This document shows positions 25,673 to 34,230 of a stretch of DNA of 64,000 nucleotides, piece after piece; within the stretch, counting starts at the first letter, position 1; each line of letters opens with the position of its first letter. A program made the translations under genes and the position numbers. The notes under the pieces were generated by a model. That model made no database searches, was not told the DNA's origin, and saw only the letters and a program-made list of their open reading frames with translations. The stretch is from Candidatus Micrarchaeota archaeon (GTDB taxonomy: Archaea > Micrarchaeota > Micrarchaeia > Anstonellales > Bilamarchaeaceae): positions 88,903-152,902 of the forward strand of contig CAZKHX010000002.1 of the NCBI GenBank assembly GCA_964552755.1, in the 5' to 3' direction.

Positions 25673-27316
25673 ATGGCCGAAAAGAAATCCGGAAAAAATT
25701 CTTCGAAGAAGGAAGAAAGCATGGAAGAAAGGAAGAGCAAGCTTATGTCTGAATTTGAGGACGAGCCCGAGGACGCCGGGGAGGCCCTTGAGGCCGTCGA
25801 GGGGCAGCCCGAAGTCTACGACCCCATGAAGAGGGGCAAGGAGAAGGTGCTGGAATCATATTCCTTCCTCAGCGAGAACATCCCGGTGGAAGTCTCCATC
25901 GTGCAGAAGGACGATTTCGTCCCCTACTACACCGTCTCAATCCCCGGGATTGCCGGAGGGACCAAGCTGCTACTTGAAACCAAGCTCCGCGGCGAGCTCA
26001 TCACGCGCGTGAAGCTGGACATCACCGATATCCTCGACCCGAAAAAGGCGCCGGTAGTGAAGAAGAAATTCGAGGATGCGGCAATGCAGGTGCTGCAGGC
26101 CAACTTCCCGCAGCTTACCGAAGAGAAGATGAAAATCCTCGCATCCTACCTCGTGCAGGGCACCCTTGGCCTTGGCGAGCTGGAGACGCCGCTCCACGAT
26201 GAATACCTCGAGGAAATCGTTGTCAACAACGCAAAGGACCCGGTATGGATATACCACAAGAGGTATGGCTGGTGCAAGACCAACATACGCATGAAGGACG
26301 AGGAGCAGATATACGACTACTCTTCGCTCGTCGCGAGGAAAGTCGGCAGGCAGATAAACATACTGTCCCCCACCCTCGATGCGCATCTCGCCTCCGGCGA
26401 CCGTGTAAATGCGACGCTCTCGCCCGTTTCCTCGTTCGGGAACACCCTCACAATCAGGAAGTTCTCCAAGAACCCGTGGACCATCACCAACCTCATCCGC
26501 ACCGAGTCCATCACGCCCGATGTCGCGGCGCTCATCTGGACCTGCGTGCAGAACGAGCTCTCGCTCGTAATCTCAGGCGGCACCGGTTCGGGCAAGACGT
26601 CTTTCCTGAACGCGCTCTCCGGGCTCATCCCGGCAAGCCAGCGCATCGTTTCAATTGAAGACACGAGGGAGCTCACCCTTCCGTCCTTCCTGCACTGGGT
26701 GCCCATGGTCACCCGCGAGGCGAACCCCGAGGGCAAGGGCGAGATAACGATGCTTGACCTCATGGTGAATGCCCTGAGGCAGAGGCCGGACAGGATAATC
26801 GTCGGTGAAATAAGGAGGCAGCGTGAGGCTGAAATCCTGTTCGAGGCAATGCACACCGGCCACGCAGTATATGCAACCCTGCACGCGGACAACACGGAAG
26901 AGACAATCTCGAGGCTCACCAACCCGCCCCTCAACATCCCGGAGGAAATGCTCGACGCCCTTTCAGGAGTTATCGTGCAGTACAGGCACAGGCGCCTCAA
27001 CATCCGGCGCACGCTGGAGTTCTCCGAGATGCTCAAGCGCGGCGAGTTCAACACAATCTACCGGTGGGACTCCAAGACCGACAAGACCAACAAGGTTGGC
27101 AACCTCGACCGCATCGCGGACCTGCTCAACCTCTATTCCGGCATGACGCCCAAGGAAATAGATGCAGACGTCAGGGAAAAGGTGGGAGTGCTCAACTGGA
27201 TGGTCGACCACGGCTACGAAGCTGTGAATGAGGTCGGCGCCCTGGTTTCCCACTACTACGCGAACCCGGAAGAAGTGCTTGAATCGGTAAAGAAGAATGA
27301 GAAGTGGACTTTCTGA
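25673..27316 (+). CDS. Type II/IV secretion-family ATPase (archaeal FlaI/PilB/TadA-like)
   Basis: Walker A SGGTGSGKTSFLNAL, Asp box RIVSIEDTREL, Walker B-like DRIIVGEIR and His box GHAVYATLHA. SD GGTGA upstream. Confidence 0.88.
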   Translation: MAEKKSGKNSSKKEESMEERKSKLMSEFEDEPEDAGEALEAVEGQPEVYDPMKRGKEKVLESYSFLSENIPVEVSIVQKDDFVPYYTVSIPGIAGGTKLLLETKLRGELITRVKLDITDILDPKKAPVVKKKFEDAAMQVLQANFPQLTEEKMKILASYLVQGTLGLGELETPLHDEYLEEIVVNNAKDPVWIYHKRYGWCKTNIRMKDEEQIYDYSSLVARKVGRQINILSPTLDAHLASGDRVNATLSPVSSFGNTLTIRKFSKNPWTITNLIRTESITPDVAALIWTCVQNELSLVISGGTGSGKTSFLNALSGLIPASQRIVSIEDTRELTLPSFLHWVPMVTREANPEGKGEITMLDLMVNALRQRPDRIIVGEIRRQREAEILFEAMHTGHAVYATLHADNTEETISRLTNPPLNIPEEMLDALSGVIVQYRHRRLNIRRTLEFSEMLKRGEFNTIYRWDSKTDKTNKVGNLDRIADLLNLYSGMTPKEIDADVREKVGVLNWMVDHGYEAVNEVGALVSHYYANPEEVLESVKKNEKWTF

Positions 27317-27325
27317 GGAGAGCTG

Positions 27326-28894
27326 ATGGATTTCCGCGAGGCGCAGGAGGAAGTCGCCAAGGTCGAGTCAAAATCCCTTGGTTACGAGACCCCCAGCGGC
27401 CCTGCACCCCAGAAGCTCAGGCAGGCGCTGACCGTTTCGCCCCCTTCAATTACGCAGATGTCTTACCTTGAGGCGCTGGCAGGATACAACCGCATAGAGA
27501 AGGTGATAGGCGCTTCCCGCTTTGAGGAGCTCCTGCTGCCAGAGGGCGAAAAGCCCGCGGAGGAGATGCCCGCTCCGGAAGCGATGCCTGCCCCCGAGGA
27601 GGCAAAGCCCCCAGAAAAGAAAGAGCTCCCCAAGCCGGAAAAGGAAATCCCGGCCCCGGAGAAAGAGGAAAAAGAAGCAATCCCCAAGAAGGAAGAAGCA
27701 CCCGTTCCCCGGAAAAGGGAAGAGCCGGAATTCGAGGAAATTCCGGAAGAAGAGGAGCCCGCAATGCCGGCAGTCCCCCCGAAGGCCCCGGAAGTGAAGA
27801 AAGAGCTCCCTGTCGAATTCGAGGAAATTGAGGAGGAGGCGGAAAAGCCAAAAGAGGCGAAGCCGGAGTTTGAGATAGAATTCGAAAAGCCGGGCGGGGA
27901 AACCGCCGCCCCTCCTGCAGCGCCCCCGCCGCCCCCGCCTTCGGAGGAGAAAGCCGAAACAAGGCCCATCGAGCCCAAGCCGTCGCCGGGCGTTGCGTTT
28001 CCCCCGGTTGAAATCCCAATCCCGCCCGAGCTTTCAGCTTCCCCGGAGGAAGCCGCGGCGAAAACAATGGGGCGCCTCAGGGCGCAGTATGGCGCGAAGA
28101 AGGGCAGGAGGCCCGCCGCCGCGGACAAGACCGAAGTGAAGAAGCGCATGCTCGAGCTCACCCGCGAGCTTTTCAAGGAAAAATCCGTGGGCAGGAGGGA
28201 AGAGCTGAAGAAGGAAATCGTTTCGCTCAAGAACATGCTTTCCGCGCCCGGAGGCGGCAGGGCCAAGAAGGCCGACTTTGCAGGCATACTTGAAAAGGAG
28301 CAGGAATATGAGCTCTCCGAGGCGAAGAAGGGCATCGAAAATGCATACCAGTCCTCGCTTGTCCCCCTCAAGTCCACGCTCGCAGAGCAGGTTGCCCTCG
28401 GGAAGGCGGAGCAGGCATACCCCCAGTTTTCCCAGCGCTTGGGCGAGCTTAAAGGCCAGCTGCAGGCGCTCACCCAGTCCTACCAAAGCTACCTGCTGAA
28501 GAAGCACTCCGCGGAGCTGGAAGCGCTCGTGCCCGAATCAAAGTCTGCGAAGCTCAGGAAGCGCCTCTCCTCCATCCAGGCCGATTATGCGGAAGCCTTT
28601 TCCGGGATGGGGGAAGCGCTCGACAGCCAGATGGCCTCCCTGCTCGCGAAGCAGGAGGCGCTCGGGAAGGGCAGGCTGGACGAGAAGACGCGCAAGGTTA
28701 TGGAGATTTCCGAGAAAACCGACGAGGAACTGCTCATCGCGCTGCAGAAGGAAGACCCGCGCATGTACGCAAAATACTCGCGCGGCGAGCTCTCCCGCCT
28801 GGAAGCGCTCTCAAATGCGCGCCGCACGCTGGCGAAAAAGGCCGGGCTGCCGGCATCTGTCATTAATAAATATTTTGGTGGTAAAAACAAATAG
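27326..28894 (+). CDS. E/P/K-rich disordered + coiled-coil protein, unknown family
   Basis: About 230 aa of PAPE/PEKE-type low complexity including PPPPPPS, then about 270 aa of helical heptad-like sequence. SD GAGGAG upstream. Confidence 0.6.
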   Translation: MDFREAQEEVAKVESKSLGYETPSGPAPQKLRQALTVSPPSITQMSYLEALAGYNRIEKVIGASRFEELLLPEGEKPAEEMPAPEAMPAPEEAKPPEKKELPKPEKEIPAPEKEEKEAIPKKEEAPVPRKREEPEFEEIPEEEEPAMPAVPPKAPEVKKELPVEFEEIEEEAEKPKEAKPEFEIEFEKPGGETAAPPAAPPPPPPSEEKAETRPIEPKPSPGVAFPPVEIPIPPELSASPEEAAAKTMGRLRAQYGAKKGRRPAAADKTEVKKRMLELTRELFKEKSVGRREELKKEIVSLKNMLSAPGGGRAKKADFAGILEKEQEYELSEAKKGIENAYQSSLVPLKSTLAEQVALGKAEQAYPQFSQRLGELKGQLQALTQSYQSYLLKKHSAELEALVPESKSAKLRKRLSSIQADYAEAFSGMGEALDSQMASLLAKQEALGKGRLDEKTRKVMEISEKTDEELLIALQKEDPRMYAKYSRGELSRLEALSNARRTLAKKAGLPASVINKYFGGKNK

Positions 28895-28907
28895 GAGATG
28901 GTGAAAA

Positions 28908-29798
28908 ATGGCCGAGAAAAAGAAAGTCTCTCCGGTTGCCGTTCCAGTAAGGTCAAGGAGGAAGGCGGCAAAGCCGGTCCGTTTCATTTCGGAAAAGCTG
29001 TTCCCCTACTTCCCTGACCTGAAGAAGAAGCTGGTTGTCGGGGACATCCAGCAGACTTCCGAGGACTTCCTCGACAAGGTCGTGGTCTCGTCCATCTTCA
29101 CCGCAATCGCGCTCACAATCGTGACGTTTGTGTTCTTCAATATGCTGTTCATCAACATGATGTTCCTCATCCCCCTGTTCTTCCTGTACCTGCTCCTTTC
29201 CTTCGGGTATTTCATGATGTACCCCTCGGTCAGGGTGCTGAAGCGCAGGAGGGACATCGACTACGAGCTCGTGTTCGCGGGCAGGCATCTCCTGATTGCG
29301 CTCAAGTCGGGCATGCCCCTCTTCGATGCCCTCGTGGGCGTGTCCCGCGGTTATGGGGCGGTTTCCGAGGAATTCAACAAGATAGTTGAGAAGGTCACGC
29401 TCGGCGTGCCGATGTCGCAGGCGATGCGCGAGGTAATCCAGACTTCGCCTTCCCCGGACTTCAACCGCGTAATCCTCCAGATTGCCAACTCGCTCTCCTC
29501 AGGAGCAGATGTCGCAGAGGCGCTCGAGGTGATACTCAACCAGATATTCCGCGAGCAGATCATCGCGCTGAAGGCATACGGCCAGAAGCTCAACCCGCTG
29601 GTGATGTTCTACATGATTTTTGGCATCATCTTCCCCTCGCTGGGGATGGCGTTCGCGATAATCCTGTTCTCGCTGCTCGGCGCAGGCAGGTTCGGCATGT
29701 CCGGCTCCCTGCTCGTGCTGGCGTTCATACTGATAGCAGTAGTGCAGTTCCTGTTCCTCTCCATGGTGGAGAGCTCCAGGCCGAGGTACGCGATATGA
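28908..29798 (+). CDS. Type IV pilus/Tad platform protein, single T2SSF domain (TadB/TadC-like)
   Basis: T2SSF-like helical domain (DYELVFAGRHLLIALKSGMPLFDALVGV...SSGADVAEALEVILNQI) flanked by TM helices. SD GGAGATGGTGA upstream. Confidence 0.7.
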   Translation: MAEKKKVSPVAVPVRSRRKAAKPVRFISEKLFPYFPDLKKKLVVGDIQQTSEDFLDKVVVSSIFTAIALTIVTFVFFNMLFINMMFLIPLFFLYLLLSFGYFMMYPSVRVLKRRRDIDYELVFAGRHLLIALKSGMPLFDALVGVSRGYGAVSEEFNKIVEKVTLGVPMSQAMREVIQTSPSPDFNRVILQIANSLSSGADVAEALEVILNQIFREQIIALKAYGQKLNPLVMFYMIFGIIFPSLGMAFAIILFSLLGAGRFGMSGSLLVLAFILIAVVQFLFLSMVESSRPRYAI

Positions 29799-29807
29799 GG
29801 GATTGAA

Positions 29808-30872
29808 ATGGGAGTGCTCATGGGATTTTATGAAACGGTCGGCAGGCTTCTGTCAAGGGAAAGGATAAGGAGCACGGAAAGGACGCTCAGGAATGCGGGC
29901 ATTACCGCCCCTGCGGAAAGCTTCGTAGGCTTCCTGCTGGTAGTGAACATCCTGCTCACCCTCGTTGTGTTCTTCCTTGGGCTCCACTACCAGGTGCTGC
30001 CTTCGTTCCTGCTCTCGGTGCTCGGCCCCACGGTCTTCCTGCCGGAATGGGCCAACATAATCTTCACATTCGTGCTTGCTCTGGCGGCGGTGTTCCTTGC
30101 GAGCGCCACCCTCGTGTGGGTGCTGCTCCTGCTCCAGATTGAGGCGCGGAGGATGGCCGTCGAGGCCGTGCTCCCCGACTTCCTCGGCCTCATGTCCGGG
30201 AATGTCCGCTCCGGAATGACGATAGACCAGGCGATGTGGTACGCCGCAAAGCCGGAGTTCGGCATCCTCTCAATCGAAATCAGGAATGTAATCAAGAGCG
30301 CATTCTCCGGAGAGCCCTTTGAGAAGGCGCTTGACCGCCTTTCCGCGCGCTTCAACTCGAAGATACTGCGCAGGACCATCCTGCTCATCAAGCAGGCGAT
30401 GGCCACGGGAGGCGAAGTCGCGGAAATCCTAGAGATTACTGCGGAGGACGCAAGGGAAGTGGCAATCCAGAAGAAGGACATCTCCTCAACGCTCCTCATC
30501 TACATCATCTTCCTCATATTCGCGGCTGCGGTGGGGACTCCGTTCCTGTTCGCGGTCTCGAACAAGCTCATAGGCGTGCTGTTCGTGGCATTCTCATATA
30601 TGCCCGCGGGCGCGCCGGTGGAGGGGAATGTGCCCTACACGTTCTTCGTGCAGCCCAGCGCTCCGCTGATCACCACGGAGGAGTTCTTCTGGTTCAGCGT
30701 CGCGACGCTCTTCCTCACCTGCCTCATCTCCTCGCTACTGCTCGGAGTGATACAGGCAGGCTCGAAGATGCAGGGGCTGAAGTACTTCCCCTTCATGCTG
30801 GTGCTGGCGTACATCATCTATTTCGTGGTGTCGTCCGTGCTGGAGAGTTACTTTGCGTCAATGCTCATATGA
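29808..30872 (+). CDS. Type IV pilus/Tad platform protein, single T2SSF domain (second paralog)
   Basis: LPDFLGLMSGNVRSGMTIDQAMWYAA...ATGGEVAEILEITAED plus TM helices. SD GAGGGA upstream. Confidence 0.7.
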   Translation: MGVLMGFYETVGRLLSRERIRSTERTLRNAGITAPAESFVGFLLVVNILLTLVVFFLGLHYQVLPSFLLSVLGPTVFLPEWANIIFTFVLALAAVFLASATLVWVLLLLQIEARRMAVEAVLPDFLGLMSGNVRSGMTIDQAMWYAAKPEFGILSIEIRNVIKSAFSGEPFEKALDRLSARFNSKILRRTILLIKQAMATGGEVAEILEITAEDAREVAIQKKDISSTLLIYIIFLIFAAAVGTPFLFAVSNKLIGVLFVAFSYMPAGAPVEGNVPYTFFVQPSAPLITTEEFFWFSVATLFLTCLISSLLLGVIQAGSKMQGLKYFPFMLVLAYIIYFVVSSVLESYFASMLI

Positions 30873-30882
30873 GGTGTAAAAC

Positions 30883-31398
30883 ATGAAGACCATGAAAGGA
30901 CAGGCGGCCATGGAATACCTGATGACCTACGGGTGGGCTCTGCTCGCGATAGTCATTGTTATCGCAGCACTTATCTACCTCAACCCATTCAGGGCTCCTG
31001 AGATCTGCCTTTTCCAGCAGCAAGGATTTAGTTGCAGCGAGCCGAACCCCCAGCTGTATGTTGATACCCATGGGGACCTGAACATGAACGTCCGCGTATG
31101 GAACAGGCTCGGACAGACCGTGGAGATTGACAGCGTGATGTGCACCAGCTCTCCGTCTTCCGACATTTCCTACAGCGACGCGACTTCGCACGATGAGACG
31201 GTGTTCACCGGCTCCTCAACCGTTGTCGAGGGCCTCGAGTGCGTTGACAGCGAAGGCGACGTCATCGAGATGAGTCCGAACCAGGAATTCAGGGGCAGGC
31301 TCATCGTGTGGTATAACTACGCGGATGACATCGACAAGTCAATCAAGCACCAGGCACAGGCGAACGTCATTTCGCTGGTTGTAGAGGAAACCACTTAG
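30883..31398 (+). CDS. Archaeal type IV pilin-like protein with class III signal peptide
   Basis: MKTMKGQAAMEYLMTYGWALLAIVIVIAALIYL has a KG/Q processing site and a Q-x-A-x-EYL hydrophobic N-terminus typical of class III signal peptides. SD GAGGTG upstream. Confidence 0.8.
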   Translation: MKTMKGQAAMEYLMTYGWALLAIVIVIAALIYLNPFRAPEICLFQQQGFSCSEPNPQLYVDTHGDLNMNVRVWNRLGQTVEIDSVMCTSSPSSDISYSDATSHDETVFTGSSTVVEGLECVDSEGDVIEMSPNQEFRGRLIVWYNYADDIDKSIKHQAQANVISLVVEETT

Positions 31399-31415
31399 GT
31401 TCCCTTTGCGAGCAT

Positions 31416-31452
31416 GGCCCGGGCCTTCCCGGGCCGCCTGTCTTTTCTTTTA
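31416..31452 (+). terminator. Hairpin + T-tract terminator candidate for the pilus-like operon
   Basis: GGCCCGGG (31416-31423) CCTT CCCGGGCC (31428-31435) followed by TGTCTTTTCTTTTA. Confidence 0.5.
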
Positions 31453-31490
31453 TGTTGTGCCCGCTTTCCGCGGGCTCCGATTTCTTAAAA

Positions 31491-32690
31491 TCAGGTTCCA
31501 ATCATCTTCGCCTTGTTCATCTCGTTGAGCACTATGTCCATGAGCTCCGTGCCGACTACGTGGCACAGCCCTCCGCTCATGCATGCCATCTCGTCAAACC
31601 TGGAGACGGTGTCCTTCCTCACGCCCCTCCCCGAGATAAGCAGCGGCGTAGGGTGCCCGGAATGGCTCCTCCTCTCCACGGGCGTCGAATGGTCTCCCGT
31701 TATGACAAATACTGCCTCCTCTTCCATGAGCTTCGAAACGAGCAGCTCATCCACTTTCTCGATTATTTCCTTCTTCCCGCCAAAGTTCCCGTCGTGGGAG
31801 AAATTGTCCGTCGCCTTCACGTGCACGAACACATAATCATGGTCCTTGAGCGCCGCTGCCGCCGCATCCGCCTTTGCCTTGAGGTTGGTCTTCTTGTCGC
31901 CCGTGGCCCCCTCGACCTCAAGCACGTCCATGCCCACGTACTTCGCGACGCCCTTATACAGCGCGCCCCCGCCAACGCAAGCTGCGCTTATCCTGTACCT
32001 GTCTTCCATCGAGGGCACAACTGCATAGGCCCCGGCGCCCCGTGCAATAATCGCGTTCGCAGGCACCCTGCTCCCCCTTGTTTCGCCCGCGCCCTCCAGC
32101 TTCTTCATCGCGGACTTGGTGAACTTGTTCAGCACGTCTGCGGTTTTCTTGTTCTTTGCACCGGGCGCAAGCGGCTTGGAAACCCCGAGCGGCCCGAGCA
32201 CGTGCGGGTCCGTCCCCGAAACCTCCGCGCCAAGCCCTTTCCCGCGGAAAAGCAGCACCCCGCGGTGCTCTACCGTATTCATGAACTGCACGGTCACCCC
32301 GTCAATCCTGCTCTTCTCCACGTACCTTGCGAGCTTCCGAGAGGTTGCGGTGGGCAGCCTGCCCGCCCGCCTGTCAATAATCTTCCCGCCTTTCACAGAG
32401 GCAAAATTCGCCCTGAAGGCAATGTCCCCGGGCTTCAGTTCAATACCCGCGCCCAGCGCCTCAAGCGGCCCCCTGCCAGGGTAATACTCCCTGTAGTCAT
32501 ACCCGAATATGTTCAAATGCGAAGTGTCGCTCCCCGGTATTACCCCGCGCGCAATGGAAGAGTACAGCCCCGCCTGCCCCTGCCCCGCAAGCTCGTCCAT
32601 GTTCGGCTTGCTTGCGGCGGAGAGCGGCGTCTGGCCTTTTGCATTGGGCAAATCGCCCAGCCCGTCCATAATGAGAACAATTGCCTTCAT
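31491..32690 (-). CDS. apgM: 2,3-bisphosphoglycerate-independent phosphoglycerate mutase, archaeal type
   Basis: MKAIVLIMDGLGD N-terminus, VITGDHSTPV and about 400 aa. Start set at ATG 32690, with TTTATAA about 27 nt upstream on the minus strand. Confidence 0.85.
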   Translation of the reverse strand: MKAIVLIMDGLGDLPNAKGQTPLSAASKPNMDELAGQGQAGLYSSIARGVIPGSDTSHLNIFGYDYREYYPGRGPLEALGAGIELKPGDIAFRANFASVKGGKIIDRRAGRLPTATSRKLARYVEKSRIDGVTVQFMNTVEHRGVLLFRGKGLGAEVSGTDPHVLGPLGVSKPLAPGAKNKKTADVLNKFTKSAMKKLEGAGETRGSRVPANAIIARGAGAYAVVPSMEDRYRISAACVGGGALYKGVAKYVGMDVLEVEGATGDKKTNLKAKADAAAAALKDHDYVFVHVKATDNFSHDGNFGGKKEIIEKVDELLVSKLMEEEAVFVITGDHSTPVERRSHSGHPTPLLISGRGVRKDTVSRFDEMACMSGGLCHVVGTELMDIVLNEMNKAKMIGT

Positions 32691-32851
32691 GCTCCGCAAT
32701 TTGCAGGGATTAGTTATAAATGTTCCGCATGCCGCTTTTGTCTTAGTCATACTCCGGGCAAAAGCAGCAGCGCAAAACCCTTAGGTCCACTTCGCCTTCC
32801 TAGCGGCTCGCTATTCCGGCGCATATGGTAAAAACCTGCACTAACAACCTG

Positions 32852-32887
32852 GAGAAAACAAAATGAGAGGAAAGGCCTAGCCTTTCC
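32852..32887 (-). terminator. Hairpin + T-tract terminator candidate for the dps-sor operon
   Basis: GGAAAGG (32869-32875) / CCTTTCC (32881-32887) overlaps the sor stop codon. On the minus strand it is followed by TCTCATTTTGTTTTCTC. Confidence 0.45.
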
Positions 32888-33251
32888 ACAATCCGTGCAC
32901 GTTGCAGTATTCCCGCGCAGTGACGTTCTCTGCTTTTATCTCAAATTCCGCCTCGGGCAGCTCTCCCGGCTTAAGGAACTTCCTGTAGGCCTTCCCGTCC
33001 GCAATCACCTGCACCCATTCTATGTAATGCGCCTCTTCCATGGGATGCGGCACCGAGCCGACCTTCACCGTCACGCCCGTTTCCGTCTTCTCGATTACGG
33101 GCACATGCTTCTCGTCCCCTTCCTCCTCGGTTTTCTCCGCCTGAAGCTCCATGGGCTGGCCGCAGCACACGAGCTCCCCTTTCCCCGCGTGCAGCACTTC
33201 AACAATGTTGCCGCAAACGTTGCACTTGTATATCTGCAGTTTCTCGGTCAT
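32877..33251 (-). CDS. dfx: Desulfoferrodoxin (2Fe superoxide reductase)
   Basis: N-terminal desulforedoxin Cys motif [10 protein letters not shown]...CCGQPM, and a C-terminal SOR domain with [17 protein letters not shown] and CNVHGLW. Confidence 0.88.
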   Translation of the reverse strand: MTEKLQIYKCNVCGNIVEVLHAGKGELVCCGQPMELQAEKTEEEGDEKHVPVIEKTETGVTVKVGSVPHPMEEAHYIEWVQVIADGKAYRKFLKPGELPEAEFEIKAENVTAREYCNVHGLWKG

Positions 33252-33252
33252 C

Positions 33253-33732
33253 TTATTCCCCCAGGGAATCAAGTATGTCCTCGAACCTCTGCTCGTGGTC
33301 CATCTCCTCCTCCATGATGTGGAGCATGAGCTGGTAGGTCACCGCGTCCTTGCCCGCGGTCATCTTCATTATCTTGTTGTACACCCGGATTGCGCAGCCC
33401 TCGCCTTTTATCGCGTCCTTGAGCACCTTCGGCACCTCTTCAGTGGGGATCTCGTACCCGCAGTTGGTCTTCTCAAGGTATTCTTTCGGGTCCACGATGG
33501 GCTTCCCGCCGAGCTTCGTTATCCTGTCAATGAGCTCATCCGCATGCTCCAGCTCTTCCTTCGCAATTGCCTCAAGCTCGCCCACGACCTTGGGGAACAT
33601 CCTCCCCTTCACAATCTTTGCGGCATTGGTGTACTGAAGGTATGCAAGCCACTCATCACACAGCGCCTTGTTCAGCTCCGTAACGAGCTCTTCCACATTC
33701 AAATCCGCTATTTCCTGTGCTGTTTTTCCCAT
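33253..33732 (-). CDS. DPS-like / ferritin-like di-iron protein
   Basis: Four-helix ferritin-like pattern with [11 protein letters not shown] and [22 protein letters not shown] upstream of ATG 33732. The stop lies 1 nt from the sor ATG. Confidence 0.7.
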   Translation of the reverse strand: MGKTAQEIADLNVEELVTELNKALCDEWLAYLQYTNAAKIVKGRMFPKVVGELEAIAKEELEHADELIDRITKLGGKPIVDPKEYLEKTNCGYEIPTEEVPKVLKDAIKGEGCAIRVYNKIMKMTAGKDAVTYQLMLHIMEEEMDHEQRFEDILDSLGE

Positions 33733-33806
33733 TTGAATCACCTAGAATATTGCATCAACTATTGTACCTATAGCTTTAAAAATCTATGTTTGAATAATAT
33801 TACTAT

Positions 33807-34229
33807 ATGGTTCGAATATCAAACCTAAACCTTCTGAAAATATTGCAAAAAAACTCGCGCACCCCGGCAGTCGAAATCGCCCATCGGCTTGGAGTGAGCG
33901 AGACTGCGGTGCGCAAGCGCCTGCGCAAGCTGGAGGAGGACGGCACCATCCGCGGCTATACCGTGGATGCCGACCCCAGGAAAATCGGCTATGAGGTAGA
34001 CGCGCTGATAGGGATAGATGCAAAGCCGGAGGCCCTCCTGGAAGTTGCGGAGAAAGTCGGCAAGATGAAGGAAGTGATGAGCCTCCACTCTTCGAGCGGG
34101 GACCACATGCTCATGATGGAATGCTGGTTCAGGGACTCGAAGGAGCTCACCCGCTTCACGAAGAAATTGAAGAAAATAAAAGGGGTTACTCGCATCTGCC
34201 CGGCGGTGATGCTGGAAAAGCTGAAGTAA
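33807..34229 (+). CDS. Lrp/AsnC-family transcriptional regulator
   Basis: LNLLKILQKNSRTPAVEIAHRLGVSETAVRKRLRKLEEDGTIRGY HTH plus a RAM-type C-terminal domain. Confidence 0.88.
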   Translation: MVRISNLNLLKILQKNSRTPAVEIAHRLGVSETAVRKRLRKLEEDGTIRGYTVDADPRKIGYEVDALIGIDAKPEALLEVAEKVGKMKEVMSLHSSSGDHMLMMECWFRDSKELTRFTKKLKKIKGVTRICPAVMLEKLK

Positions 34230-34230
34230 G

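Noticed and set aside
31452-32831. 459-aa plus-strand ORF
   Set aside because: It is antisense to apgM, which has clear phosphoglycerate mutase motifs. Its composition is R/H/P-rich.
33808-33820. GGTTCGAATATC, resembling a tRNA T-arm (GGTTCGAATC)
   Set aside because: It lies at the very start of the Lrp coding sequence (ATG GTT CGA ATA TCA). No acceptor, D or anticodon stems can be drawn around it, so it is not a tRNA.
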